64,000 nt of DNA from Heptranchias perlo. Lineage: Eukaryota. The stretch lies in NCBI RefSeq assembly GCF_035084215.1, contig NC_090340.1, positions 13,392,001-13,456,000 on the forward strand. Reading direction: 5' to 3'. Below the pieces are notes generated by a model. That model did no database searches, was not told the DNA's origin, and was given only the letters and a program-made list of their open reading frames with translations. This document shows, piece after piece, positions 11,847-24,646 of this stretch; positions within the stretch are counted from its first letter, which is position 1, and each line of letters starts with the position of its first letter. Position numbers and translations under genes: made by a program.

Positions 11847-13068
11847 TATGGATGGGGGGAGATGGATGGGGGGAGATGGATGGGGGGAGAGGGATGGGGG
11901 GAGATGGGGATGGGGAGGGGGAGGATGGGGGGAGATGGGGATGGGGGAGGGGGAGGATGGGGGAGGGGAGGGGGAGGATGGGAGGGGGAGGATGAGGGTG
12001 GGGGAGGGGGAGATGGGGGGATGGGGAGGGGGAGGGGGAGACGGGGGATGGGGGAAACGGGGGGGATGGGGAGACGGGGGGGATGGGGGAGACGGAGGGG
12101 CGGAGGGAGGGGGAGGGGGGGGCGGGGGATAGGGGCAGGGGATGGGGGGCGGGGGAGGGGGGCGGGGTTGGGGGGGGCGGGGTTGGGGGGGCGGGGATGG
12201 GGGGGCGGGGATGGGGGGGCGGGGATGGGGGGCGGGGATGGGGGGGCGGGGATGGGGGGGCGGGGATGGGGGGGCGGGGATGGGGGGGCGGGGATGGGGG
12301 GGCGGGGATGGGGGGGCGGGGATGGGGGGGCGGGGATGGGGGGGCGGGGATGGGGGGGCGGGGATGGGGGGGCGGGGATGGGGGGGCGGGGATGGGGGGG
12401 CGGGGATGGGGGGGCGGGGATGGGGGGGCGGGGATGGGGGGGCGGGGATGGGGGGGCGGGGATGGGGGGGCGGGGATGGGGGGGCGGGGATGGGGGGGCG
12501 GGGATGGGGGGGCGGGGATGGGGGGGCGGGGATGGGGGGGCGGGGGATGGGGCGATGGGGAGGGGGGGCAGGGGACGGGGGGGAAGGGGACGGGGGGGGA
12601 AGGGGACGGGGGGGGAAGGGGACGGGGGGGGAAGGGGACGGGGGAGGAAGGGGACGGGGGAGGAAGGGGACGGGGGAGGAAGGGGACGGGGGGGAAGGGG
12701 ACGGGGGGGTTGAAGGGGACGGGGGGGTTGAAGGGGACGGGGGGGTTGAAGGGGACGGGGGGGTTGAAGGGGACGGGGGGGTTGAAGGGGACGGGGGGGG
12801 GGAAGGGGACGGGGGGGGGGAAGGGGACGGGGGGAAGGGGTCGAGGGGGGGAGGGGGACGGCGGGAGGGGGACGGCGGGAGGGGGACGGGGGGAGGGGGA
12901 CGGGGGGAGGGGGACGGGGGGAGGGGGACGGGGGGAGGGGGACGGGGGGAGGGGGACGGGGGAGGGGGACGGGGGATGGGGAGAGGGGGATGGGGAGAGG
13001 GGGATGGGGGGAGGGGGATGGGGGGAGGGGATGGGGAGAGGTGGATGGGGAGAGGGGGATGGGGAGAG
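11847..13068. repeat. G-rich low-complexity/minisatellite block
   Basis: (GGGGGGGCGGGGAT)n, (GGGGGGGTTGAAGGGGAC)n and related G-run units. Confidence 0.95.
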
Positions 13069-13509
13069 GTGCACTTGCTGGGTGGTGCTGAGCTGTGCAG
13101 GTCACTAGATTCCAGGTGCAATCCCCAGTCTGTGTGCAGTCAGCTGATCTTATTCAGGACAGCCCTGGGCGACTGACAGTGGAAAGACCATCTGTCCAGG
13201 ATTTCATCTCCATGCGGTAATCCCAGACGGAAATTTGATGAGTCCAGGATCAGGATCAGGCTCGACTGTAATGAACCGGACGGTTGATTTGTCCACCAAC
13301 ACTCACCATTTAGCCTTTCAAATGATGAATGAGATCCAGGAGACCTGCTGGGACCTCCAGAACACTGGATCACACGGCAGTACCAGTGGGGAAAGGAGAG
13401 TTGTCGTCTATCTGATTTGAACTATTGTTGGACTGGGCAGTCCAGTGTTTGAGTGGACCGTCCAGGAGTCAATGTTTGCCATCACCTTTCAGCTCCATGA
13501 ACCAATTCA

Positions 13510-13760
13510 ATCATAGAATGAAGCAGCACAGAGGGAGGGCCATTCAGCCTATCGTGCCTGTACTGGCTCTTTAAAAGGAGCTATCCAATTAGTCCCACTC
13601 CCCTGCTCTTTCCCCATAGTCCTGCAAATTTTTCCTTTTCAAGTATTTATCCAATTCCCTTTTGAAAGTCACTATTGAATCTGCCTCCACCATCCTTTCA
13701 GGCCAGTTGGAAACAGTTTCTCCTTATTTACTCCATCAAAACCCTTCATAATTTTGAACA
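13510..13760 (-). mobile_element. CR1 3' end fragment
   Basis: Same tail as copies at 47128 and 56718 ('gagctatccaattagtcccactcccctgctctttccccatag'). Confidence 0.75.
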
Positions 13761-13897
13761 CTTACAAGATTTTAAATGTAATTTCCCACCCCACTATAGA
13801 CAGAGCTTCCAGGGACCGAAGATCTGAATCCTGGGCTCTGGAGCTGGGCTGCCCTTCCATGTACCGAGTCTGCCCGAGGTCTGTTCGGAGGCGTTAC

Positions 13898-14035
13898 CTT
13901 GTCAAAGTCTTCCTGCGTGGCTCGCATCTCTTTCCACGTCTTGTTTCAGCAGCTGGATGCAAATGCAGAAGAACTCTTCAAAAACCTTGTCCTGGGCGAA
14001 GAACATGGGATAGAAGTCTTGCCCTGTCTCTGAAG
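13898..14035 (-). CDS. ELMO3: ELMO3 coding exon 14 (apparent +1 frameshift)
   Basis: cgcag|CTTCA...GACAAG|gtaacg; SETGQDFYPMFFAQDKVFEEFFCICIQLL then NKTWKEMRATQEDFDK only after removing one base at 13944-13946; 138 nt where phase requires 137. Confidence 0.9.
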
Positions 14036-15606
14036 CTGCGAAGGAGAAGGAGAGATGTTCTGGAAAGGCAATGACACCATGGACACTCAAAGCTCATTTG
14101 TTACAGCGTGGTTACCCTTAGCCCTTGTGAGCAATGTATGGAGACAATATTAGCCAAGGAGGCAGCAATTCGGTCAAAACCCATAACCCACCCTTGTTAA
14201 CTGTATCCATGTGGTTTATATCAATTAGTGTTAATTATATTCAGGTGGTGCGTATCAATCGGGGTGTCTCTTGTATCCATTTATATGAGAGCTTATCTCG
14301 GGGGTGCACAGTGGGTAATATGGATTCTGTGAATAAAGGCTTGGAAGCAACTGAAGACCAGGCTCTAGTATTTTATCCTTCACCACATGGCTATTCAATT
14401 TGTAACAACCCTTACATGGAGTCCTGTTCACTTAGCAAAGGAGAATCTAAAAGAGGAAAGATTGGTTGACAAGCCATGGTAGTAATGGCTTAGGACAGCA
14501 GTTATCAGTAGTGAGGGGACACCTCCACGTAGTTACGGGACATCTCAAACTTTGATCTTTCCCCGCCAGGATTTGAGATTGAATCCAGCCCGGGCTGAAT
14601 GTTTTCACTCTCTGCTGGGCTTCAGGGTCCTGGGGAGGAACATTTGATATTGGCCATGTTTCAGTTTGGATCTCAAGAGCCTGACGTCATGGGGCGGCTC
14701 CCGTATCTCAGCAACAGTCTCGAGCCTAAGACATTCCTGTCCGAATCAGGGAGCAGGAGTCAGTAGGATGAATGTGGGGAGGTGCCTCAAAGGTCATCGA
14801 TCTCCTTGATTCCAAACTAAACAAATGCTTGTGTAAAAATGGCGTCAGTATCCTGCGCAAGAATGGGCTCATTATTAAATGGCACAAAATTGACAATTAC
14901 ATTCGGAGAGGTCACAGTAATGGATGGTACGGGTACAGAAATCTCACAGGGTATATTAAGTGATACCCTTCTAAATTTAGGCTTAGGGCCCACTTTGAGG
15001 CAGTGCAGAGGGAGTTTTATTCTGTATCTAACACAAGTTGTGCTTGGCTTCTTGACCTGGACGTGCTTGATGCCAACACTCGCTGTGAAAGAGGTGGAAT
15101 AGGTTCCATCCCCCCAGCACTGTAACCCTCCTCCAACCACCTCAGTAAACTGGAAATTCACCTTAAGTTAAAAAAACTGATATTCCTATTGACCAAACAC
15201 GTTTGTCCAGGGACGGAAACACATTGCGTGGATGTTTCTCTCCATCTCCTGGTGGTGAAAGTTTTCCCCATCAACATATCAGTTGATACAAAATACACAA
15301 GAAATCACGTAAGAAAAAGCCTTAGGCTCATCAAGCTCACTCTCTCCACAGTTGCCATGTCAACCAGCTCAATTCTCCGAGGTAAAGGTAAATCTCCAAG
15401 ATGAAACTCGGTGAAACGTCTCTCTGTATCTTGAACATTACCAGGACTAACCCAGACTGCACTATTCACCTCAGGTTAGTTACATTTCACAGCAAACTCA
15501 GCCAATGTCCCAAGGATCAATGGTCTTCCTTTCTCTCTCTGGTTGAATATCTGCTACCTCTTTACTCCTGTAACTAACGGCAACACAGGGCCTTTGTTAA
15601 ACTTAC

Positions 15607-15715
15607 GTGGGTCTCCGATCTTCAGTATCTCACAGAGGATTACGGTGAGCTGGATGCTCCCACGGCCGAAGGGACATTCGTGCTTGTCCTCACGACTGCT
15701 GTTCTCAAGGACGAA
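15607..15715 (-). CDS. ELMO3: ELMO3 coding exon 13
   Basis: 109 nt; FVLENSSREDKHECPFGRGSIQLTVILCEILKIGDP; AG/GT flanks. Confidence 0.95.
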
Positions 15716-15869
15716 CTGTGCAGGAGAGAGTCAGAGAATGAGATTTGGTTCCTTCCTTTCCGACTTCCTCCCCTCAAGGCCCTGGGGGATGGCTCCAGAG
15801 GCTGCCTTTCAGTACCACATTCTCGAAATGTGATCAGGGAGTCAGCTGGGAACAATGCTGTCCTGACCG

Positions 15870-16208
15870 CACCCACACCCCCCTGACCCCCTGCTTACCC
15901 ACAGCCCCCACCTCCTCCGCAAAATCCCCCCACAACACCCCACACACCCGCCCACCCACACACACCACCTCCTCCGCAAAACCCCCCCCACAACACCCCA
16001 ACACACCCGCCCACCCACACACCCCACCTCCTAAAACCCCCCCACCCACAACCCCATTCACACCTCCCCACACACCCCCAACTCCCTGCAACACCCTCTC
16101 ACACTCGCCCACCACACCCCCATAAAAACCCCCCACCCACCCGCAACACCCCCACAAAACCCCCCACCCACCCCCACCCCCCCGACCCTCTGCAACCCAC
16201 CCACACAC
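15870..16208. repeat. C/A-rich low-complexity tract
   Basis: Degenerate (CACCC/CCCCAC)n. Confidence 0.8.
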
Positions 16209-16657
16209 TTTCCAGCAAGATTCTCTGGGTAGTCATCAGGAGCGAGAACCTTTGTCTGCTGGAGCCAATTGTAGCAGCTCCTCTGCTGGCCTGGCTGGGA
16301 TCAGCTAACTCCACACAACCTGGGGACAGAATCTGGCACCTCCCTGCTCTGTATGCCTCAGTACCTCACTGGGCAGTCTATTGGACAACTGACCTCTTGG
16401 CGGAGCTCAGAGAGAGCGAGAGGGAGAATTACACCAAGTCAGATGCTAGTTCGGCCTAGTCAGCGTTCATGGAGAAGAGGACCAAAACAGGAGGGGCCAG
16501 GGGGAGAGAACGTCCCTCATGGATCTACAGGCCTGGAACTGGTCTAATGCGTTTGTCCCAGAAATGAAGAGCTGTCTCGATACAGTGAGGGTTTTCCGTG
16601 AAGTCAATGTGTTTTTATGGGCTGACCAGGTTAAACACTCACCTCATCCTTGTGACA

Positions 16658-18910
16658 TTTTTTTTTATTCGTTCACGGGATGTGGGCGTCGCTGGCAAGG
16701 CCGGCATTTATTGCCCATCCCTAATTGCCCTCGAGAAGGTGGTGGTGAGCCGCCTTCTTGAACCGCTGCAGTCCGTGTGGTGACGGTTCTCCCACAGTGC
16801 TGTTAGGAAGGGAGTTCCAGGATTTTGACCCAGCGACAATGAAGGAACGGCGATATATTTCCAAGTCAGGATGGTGTGTGACTTGGAGGGGAACGTGCAG
16901 GTGGTGTTGTTCCCATGTGCCTGCTGCCCTTGTCCTTCCAGGTGGTAGAGGTCGCGGGTTTGGGAGGTGCTGTCGAAGAAGCCTTGGCGAGTTGCTGCAG
17001 TGCATCCTGTGGATGGTGCACACTGCAGCCACAGTGCGCCGGTGGTGAAGGGAGTGAATGTTTAGGGTGGTGGATGGGGTGCCAATCAAGCGGGCTGCTT
17101 TATCTTGGATGGTGTCGAGCTTCTTGAGTGTTGTTGGAGCTGCACTCATCCAGGCAAGTGGAGAGTATTCCATCACACTCCTGACTTGTGCCTTGTAGAT
17201 GGTGGAAAGGCTTTGGGGAGTCAGGAGGTGAGTCACTCGCCGCAGAATACCCAGCCTCTGACCTGCTCTTGTAGCCACAGTATTTATATGGCTGGTCCAG
17301 TTAAGTTTCTGGTCAATGGTGACCCCCAGGATGTTGATGGTGGGGGATTCGGCGATGGTAATGCCGTTGAATGTCAAGGGGAGGTGGTTAGACTCTCTCT
17401 TGTTGGAGATGGTCATTGCCTGGCACTTATCTGGCACGAATGTTACTTGCCACTTATCAGCCCAAGCCTGGATGTTGTCCAGGTCCTGCTGCATGCAGGC
17501 TCGGACTGCTTCATTATCTGAGGGGTTGCGAATGGAACTGAACACTGTGCAGTCATCAGCGAACATCCCCATTTCTGACCTTATGATGGAGGGAAGGTCA
17601 TTGATGAAGCAGCTGAAGATGGTTGGGCCTAGGACACTGCCCTGAGGAACTCCTGCAGCAATGCCTTGGGGCTGAGATGATTGGCCTCCAACAACCACTA
17701 CCATCTTCCTTTGTGCTAGGTATGACTCCAGCCACTGGAGAGTTTTCCCCCTGATTCCCATTGACTTCAATTTTACTAGGGCTCCTTGGTGCCACACTCG
17801 GTCAAATGTTGCCTTGATGTCAAGGGCAGTCACTCTCACCTCACCTCTGGAATTCAGCTCTTTTGTCCATGTTTGGACCAAGGCTGTAATGAGGTCTGGA
17901 GCCGAGTGGTCCTGGCGGAACCCAAACTGAGCATCGGTGAGCAGGTTATTGGTGAGTAAGTGCCACTTGATAGCACTGTCGACGACACCTTCCATCACTT
18001 TGCTGATGATTGAGAGTAGACTGATGGGGCGGTAATTGGCCGGATTGGATTTGTCCTGCTTTTTGTGGACAGGACATACCTGGGCAATTTTCCACATTGT
18101 CGGGTGGATGCCAGTGTTGTAGCTGTACTGGAACAGCTTGGCTAGAGGCGCAGCTAGTTCTGGAGCACAAGTCTTCAGCACTACAGCTGGGATGTTGTCA
18201 GGGCCCATAGCCTTTGCTGTATCCAGTGCACTCAGCCGTTTCTTGATATCACTTGGAGTGAATCGAATTGGCCGAAGACTGGCTTCCGTGATGGTGGGGA
18301 TATCGGGAGGAGGCTGAGATGGATCATCCACTCGGCACTTCTGGCTGAAGATGGTTGCAAACGCTTCAGCCTTGTCTTTTGCACTCACGTGCTGGACTCC
18401 GCCATCATTGAGAATGGGGATGTTTGCAGAGCCTCCTCCTCCCGTTAGTTGTTTAATTGTCCACCACCATTCACGACTGGATGTGGCAGGACTGCAGAGC
18501 TTTGATCTGATCCGTTGGTTGTGGAATCGCTTAGCTGTCTATAGCATGTTGCTTCCGCTGTTTAGCATGCATGTAGTCCTGAGTTGTAGCTTCACCAGGT
18601 TGGCACCTCATTTTTAGGTACGCCTGGTGCTGCTCCTGGCATGCTCTTCTACACTCCTCATTGAACTAGGGTTGATCCCCTGGCTTGTTGGTAATGGTAG
18701 AGTGAGGAATATGCCGGGCCATGAGGTTACAGATTGTGCTGGAATACAATTCTGCTGCTGCTGATGGCCCACAGCGCCTCATGGATGCCCAGTTTTGAGC
18801 TGCTAGATCTGTTCTGAATCTATCCCATTTGGCACGGTGGTAGTGCCACACAACCTGTTGGATGGTGTCCTCAGTGCGAAGACGGGATTTCATCTCCACG
18901 AGGACTGTGC
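16658..18910 (-). mobile_element. 5'-truncated non-LTR retrotransposon (CR1/L2-group) with an open 555-aa RT ORF (16721-18388)
   Basis: NYRPISLLS, QFGFR, ALDIKATFDRVWH, GVPQGSVLGP, FADD motifs; 3' tail ending in an A-run at about 16658. Confidence 0.92.
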
Positions 18911-19416
18911 CTCCAATTTTCCCATCATTTCCCCCGCCCCCCAGATTCTCTGACCCAGTGAGATTTCTTCACACGCGACCACGGGTATCCTGCCCCTCCC
19001 CCAACATCCATGTACACCCACCCACCGACGAGAGGGGGTCAACAGCAAGAAACCCCGGCCGCTTTCCCCCTCTCTGTGGGTTGGTAATATCGAGTTTGGT
19101 CGTCTCCCCCAAAGTTATCTAAAAGGATCATTCCTGTTGGATCAACAAAGCAACATGTTTACATACAACGATATGATTCATCCCACTCCACTTTATACTG
19201 TCCCAGTGCCCAACTCTCCCAGGCACCTCCCCTCCTCAGAGCAATAAATCACCCCCTCCCCCCCCCCCCAAAAAAACTCTCCTTTTTAAAAAAAAAAGTT
19301 CCCTCACAAATGAAAATCGAAGCTAATACCATGCAGAGTGAAGCCGATTCAAACCGAATGGCAGTGCAAGGGTTAAGCAGTGCCTGCTGGAACATAATAG
19401 GACTGTGCCAACTTAC

Positions 19417-19521
19417 CCGGTTATAGGCATCAGGGTGGCGCGAGGCAAAGTAGGTCATGTTATCCAGAGGCAGCAGCCCGGGTGGAGTTCGGCTGAAGTC
19501 CAGTGATGGATTGGCATTGTT
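19417..19521 (-). CDS. ELMO3: ELMO3 coding exon 12
   Basis: 105 nt; NNANPSLDFSRTPPGLLPLDNMTYFASRHPDAYNR; cccag/gtaagt. Confidence 0.95.
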
Positions 19522-19899
19522 CTGGGAGGGTGGGGGAAGACAACAGAGTTACTGACAAGAAGCTAACAAGATTTTCAAGGCGTCGATTGCCGCTGGGGTA
19601 CAGCTCCGCAGGTGCTCAGAGGAAAGAAAACTCTTCTTGGGAAAGGCAGGGAGAACAGGCCTTTAATCAGACTGTTCTGGCCGAGCTGACATTATTTAAT
19701 AGGATGAATTAATGCGGCTGATGGGCGCATCAATCACACTGTGATTCCAGGATCAATAAAACGCCAGACAGGTAGAGAAGACATGGACACTGGGAGTGAC
19801 CTCAGAGAGGGATTCGGATGATATCATCCTCTGATGGAAGAATGCCTCGTCACTGTAGGATGCAATGTCTCTACTCAGGAGCTGACAGGATTTCCTCCC

Positions 19900-20245
19900 G
19901 GTGGTGTAGTGGTTATGTTATTGGACTAGTAATCCAGGGGCCTGGACTAATAATGTGAGTTTAAATCCCAGTTTGTGAATTTGAATTCAGTTTAAAAAGA
20001 AATCTGGAAATTAAAAAGCTGGCATCAGTAAGAGTGACCCTGAAGCTGTTGGATTGTTGTAAAAACCCAACTCGTTCATTAATGTCCTTTAGGGAAGAAG
20101 TCCTGCTGTCCTTACCACTATGTGACTTCAGTTGACTCTTAACTGTCCTCTGAAGTGGCCTACACTGTACCAAATCAGGGCCACTAGGGATGAACAATAA
20201 ATGTCAGCCTTGGCAGCCTCATCCACATCCTGAGACTGAATTACA
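19900..20245 (+). mobile_element. tRNA-derived SINE (second family)
   Basis: A box GGTGGTGTAGTGG, degenerate B box GAGTTTAAATCC; body and tail like the 8090 copy. Confidence 0.7.
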
Positions 20246-21321
20246 AGAAGTAGGCCAAGTGAGAGGGCACCCTGGCACTTAAAATGCCCGGCCCATGATC
20301 AAGGTTTGATTTTGTGTAGGAGGGAACCCATGTTCCCCATCCAGGGGCCCTGACTGGGGCAGTACATCCATTTTTAAGATGACAAAAGCAAGGAATGAGA
20401 AAAGCCCTTCTGACTCATCAAACCCCCTCCTTCCACAGACCGTGTAGAATCTGACTCATCAAGGACTCGGCCCCATCCAATCTCCCAAGAGGGTGATGAA
20501 TGAATCTGCCCCTGGACCCTTAATGGAAGGAACAACAGTGAGAGAGACTGGTCACCTGAACAATTCCAATGGTGCAGAACCAGTGATTAAAAGAATCAGA
20601 TTTTTTTTAAAATGGCCTGTGATTGAGAATATGGAGAAATGAGAATGTCTTTCACCAAACAAGGAATTTGGAGTCTTACTGAGCACCAACTGGAGGTCTT
20701 TCAAAGACCTGAGAACCGAACTAATTTTGATGGGAGAAGCTGGAAAGCAGGTAAGGTTCATCTAGCTAGGCCCCAGAGCCACCTTTTACATCGAGGTGGC
20801 TGCTGCAAATCCAACAGGTATTTTTTACTTCTTTTATACTTAGAAAGGGTGACTTTACCTTAAAGAAAGAGACTCCTGAATAACATGACCAGTATTGAAA
20901 GTTTCTGTATGACAATCATTCACCAACAGACATAGGTCATAGGTCATGGAATGTACCAATGGCACTGCACTCAATACCATTTCAAGTCCTACGTATGATA
21001 CTAATGTAAGAACACGACTGTTAATTTACTGTCCAAATATGAATATAGCACCAAATGCCTTAGCAGGTTAACAAAAAATATATTCCACTCATTATACAAC
21101 TTGGAAATAGTTATTCCAACAAAATGACCAAGTATTGTTAATCTGCTGTGGAGAGGGTGGATTCGGAGCACTCTGAGTGCAGAGATGCCATTATTTCTCC
21201 TTCCATCAGTGCATTCTCGGAAGGACATGACTGTGGCCAATTTGGGCCTCTCTGTTTAACGGGTAAATCCTCGGACAACACAAGCCCCCCTTAAAAGGAG
21301 CGAGGAGCCTCACAAACTCAC

Positions 21322-21453
21322 GGGGAATCCGAGCCTCTTGAACTCTCTGGCGCACAAAGATTTCCGCCGGTCAGTGTTACAGTTGACAGAGGAGGTGTCA
21401 GTGTCGGACTCGAAGGCTGCTTGTCGCAGGCTGTGTACCATATCCCTCTGCTC
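21322..21453 (-). CDS. ELMO3: ELMO3 coding exon 11
   Basis: 132 nt; EQRDMVHSLRQAAFESDTDTSSVNCNTDRRKSLCAREFKRLGFP ('SLCAREF' matches ELMO3). Confidence 0.95.
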
Positions 21454-21907
21454 CTAAAAAAAAACAAAAAGAGGCGCATACAATGACAAGTGGGAATTAA
21501 GCAGAGGCTCCTGGTGGCAGAGAGGGAGCTGGTAAGGTGGGGAGAGGGAGATCCCAAGGGCCACACAATGATTGTCTAAAGTGTTAATTGTTTACTCAAC
21601 CCAGGGCCGTTGTATTGAAGTACAAACATCCTTACAATGATCAGATTGCCTCCATTCCCACATGCTGTTACCGAGTTCAAAGGCATTCCTGTATTTCCAA
21701 TCTGGACTAAGGCTGTCCAAACACAGCTCACTCGAGACCCGCAACAGTTGACTGTGAGTGAGACTTTCATTGCCCATCTGTCAGCTGGACTCCAATCAGT
21801 CCACAACTCTGCTGAATTAACACATCCCATTAAAACTGAATGAGGCAAGCCAGCTGAGCCCAGCAAGCACTGGGCTTGAGGGATCATAAAATGACAGAAT
21901 CATCGAA

Positions 21908-22445
21908 GCACTGTGGCAACGTGGATACAAAATTGGCTAAGAGGCAGAAAGCAGGGAGTAGTGGTGAACGGTTGTTTTTCAGAGGGGAGGGAAGTATACA
22001 GTGATGTTCCCCAGGGGTCAGTATTAGGACCACTGCTCTTTTTGATATATATTAATGACCTGGACTTGGGTATACAGGACATAATTTCAAAGTTTGAATG
22101 TGACACAAAACTCGGAACTGTAGTAAACAAGTGAGGAGGATAGAGACAGACTTCAGGAAGACATAGACAGACTGGTGAAATGGGAAGACACATGGCAGTG
22201 TGAAGTGATGCATTTTGGTAGGAAGAATGAGGAGAGGCAGTATAAATAAATGGTACAATTTTAAAGGGGGTGCAGGAACAGAGAGATCTGGGGGTGTATG
22301 AACACAAATCTTTGAAGCTAGAATAAGAGGATATGTTGATCGGCTGAGGTGAAGTAAAGTGGGAGGAGGCTCACATGGAGCATAAACACCGGCATAGGCC
22401 TGTTGGGCCGAATGGCCTGTTTCTGTGCTGTACATTCTATGTTTG
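21908..22445 (+). mobile_element. Internally deleted CR1 fragment with 3' tail
   Basis: WIQNWL...VPQGSVLGPLLFLIYINDLD. Confidence 0.85.
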
Positions 22446-22527
22446 TCTCCTGTGAGCACCCATACCACGACTTACAGGCGTTCCGCTCCAATGCCTGTTT
22501 GCTAATCCCCGGCAGTTACAGGCGTAC

Positions 22528-22650
22528 CTGGTTGTAAGGGTCCATCGGAATCTTCATCCTGGGCTCGAGGAGGTTGAGGGAAATGGACTGCAGAACGTAC
22601 AAGTAGTGGGCCATCTCATCCCTCATTGCAGCAGAACTCAGGATAATGTT
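22528..22650 (-). CDS. ELMO3: ELMO3 coding exon 10
   Basis: 123 nt; NIILSSAAMRDEMAHYLYVLQSISLNLLEPRMKIPMDPYNQ. Confidence 0.95.
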
Positions 22651-23110
22651 CTATCAGAGAACACAACAAACAGCAAATCAGTGCTCCAATATAAGTGGAC
22701 ATTGAGAACACACCAGCCAACATCATTGCCATGGCATCGTAGGCCCTGCCATTCACTCCAGGAGCAATCCTGGGATTCAATGCAACTCTTCCATTCCTAC
22801 TCTCCAATAAAAGGAAATGCCTTTGGGAGGGAGGGTCATCCCAGCTTCCAGATGGCGAGAGAGAGAGGGCAGTGTTAAAATCCAATAATAGAACACTGAG
22901 GGCCACCTCAAGCCTGTAAAGCAGTAATCCCAGTTTAAACTGTCGACCTAAACCACCAGGTTAAACAACCCGTTCCTGCTCAATGTCCACGGTACATTCC
23001 CATTTACATGGTGCCCTATAACAGGGGTTTATCCACATCCCTGTCTCGCAGCATTTCCGAACAGGATGTTGTCTGAGGCAAGCCCAAAGATAGCGGCAGC
23101 AGAGATCCTC

Positions 23111-24565
23111 TGACAGGACTGTCCAATATCACACACCCTGTGACGGGACTGTCCAATATCACACGCCCTGTGACGGGACTGTCCAATATCACACACCCTG
23201 TGACGGGACTGTCCAATATCACACGCCCTGTGACGGGACTGTCCAATATCACACGCCCTGTGACAGGACTGTCCAATATCACACACCCTGTGACGGGACT
23301 GTCCAATATCACACGCCCTGTGACGGGACTGTCCAATATCACACGCCCTGTGACGGGACTGTCCAATATCACAAGCCCTGTGACGGGACTGTCCAATATC
23401 ACACGCCCTGTGACGGGACTGTCCAATATCACACGCCCTGTGACGGGACTGTCCAATATCACACACCCTGTGACGGGACTGTCCAATATCACACACCCTG
23501 TGACGGGACTGTCCAATATCACACACCCTGTGACGGGACTGTCCAATATCACACACCCTGTGACGGGACTGTCCAATATCACACACCCTGTGACGGGACT
23601 GTCCAATATCACACGCCCTGCGACGGGACTGTCCAATATCACACGCCCTGCGACGGGACTGTCCAATATCACACGCCCTGTGACGGGACTGTCCAATATC
23701 ACACGCCCTTCGACGGGACTGTCCAATATCACACACCCTGCGACGGGACTGTCCAATATCACACGCCCTGTGACGGGACTGTCCAATATCACACGCTTTG
23801 TGACGGGACTGTCCAATATCACACACCCTGTGACGGGACTGTCCAATATCACACACCCTGCGACGGGACTGTCCAATATCACACGCCCTGCGACGGGACT
23901 GTCCAATATCACACGCCCTGCGACGGGACTGTCCAATATCACACGCCCTGCGACGGGACTGTCCAATATCACACGCCCTGCGACGGGACTGTCCAATATC
24001 ACACGCCCTGCGACGGGACTGTCCAATATCACACGCCCTGCGACGGGACTGTCCAATATCACACGCCCTGCGACGGGACTGTCCAATATCACACGCCCTG
24101 CGACGGGACTGTCCAATATCACACGCCCTGCGACGGGACTGTCCAATATCACACGCCCTGCGACGGGACTGTCCAATATCACACGCCCTGCGACAGGACT
24201 GTCCAATATCACACGCCCTGCGACGGGACTGTCCAATATCACACGCCTTGTGACGGGACTGTCCAATATCACACGCCCTGTGACGGGACTGTCCAATATC
24301 ACACACCCTGTGACGGGACTGTCCAATATCACACGCTCTGTGACGGGACTGTCCAATATCACATGCCCTGTGACGGGACTGTCCAATATCACATGCCCTG
24401 TGACGGGACTGTCCAATATCACATGCCCTGTGACGGGACTGTCCAATATCACATGCCCTGTGACGGGACTGTCCAATATCACATGCCCTGTGACGGGACT
24501 GTCCAATATCGCATGCCCTGTGACGGGACTGTTCAATGTCACATGCCCTGCGATAGGACTGTCCA
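23111..24565. repeat. 30-bp minisatellite array A (about 48 units, CpG-rich variant)
   Basis: GGACTGTCCAATATCACACGCCCTG(T/C)GACG, exact 30-bp period. Confidence 0.98.
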
Positions 24566-24595
24566 CTTATAATGGCGAATGCGAGCATGCCTTAC

Positions 24596-24646
24596 CTTGA
24601 AAATGTACTGCCTGAGGTTTCTTTTATTGAGGAACTCCATTGTTTC
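24596..24646 (-). CDS. ELMO3: ELMO3 coding exon 9
   Basis: ttag|GAA...AAG|gtaagg; 51 nt, phase 0-0; ETMEFLNKRNLRQYIFK. Confidence 0.93.

Noticed and set aside
11375-13176. Pro-rich and Gly-rich ORFs (extensin, formin or collagen-like)
   Set aside because: Low-complexity G/C runs; several ORFs read through the N gap
6055-14035. ELMO3-E2F4 read-through fusion protein
   Set aside because: ELMO3 exon 14 ends in phase 0 (or hits a stop if the frameshift is real) while E2F4 exon 3 starts in phase 2; the junction also crosses an assembly gap
15716-21321. Intronic miRNA (human ELMO3 hosts MIR328)
   Set aside because: No matching hairpin recognised by eye; as far as I know that miRNA is mammalian
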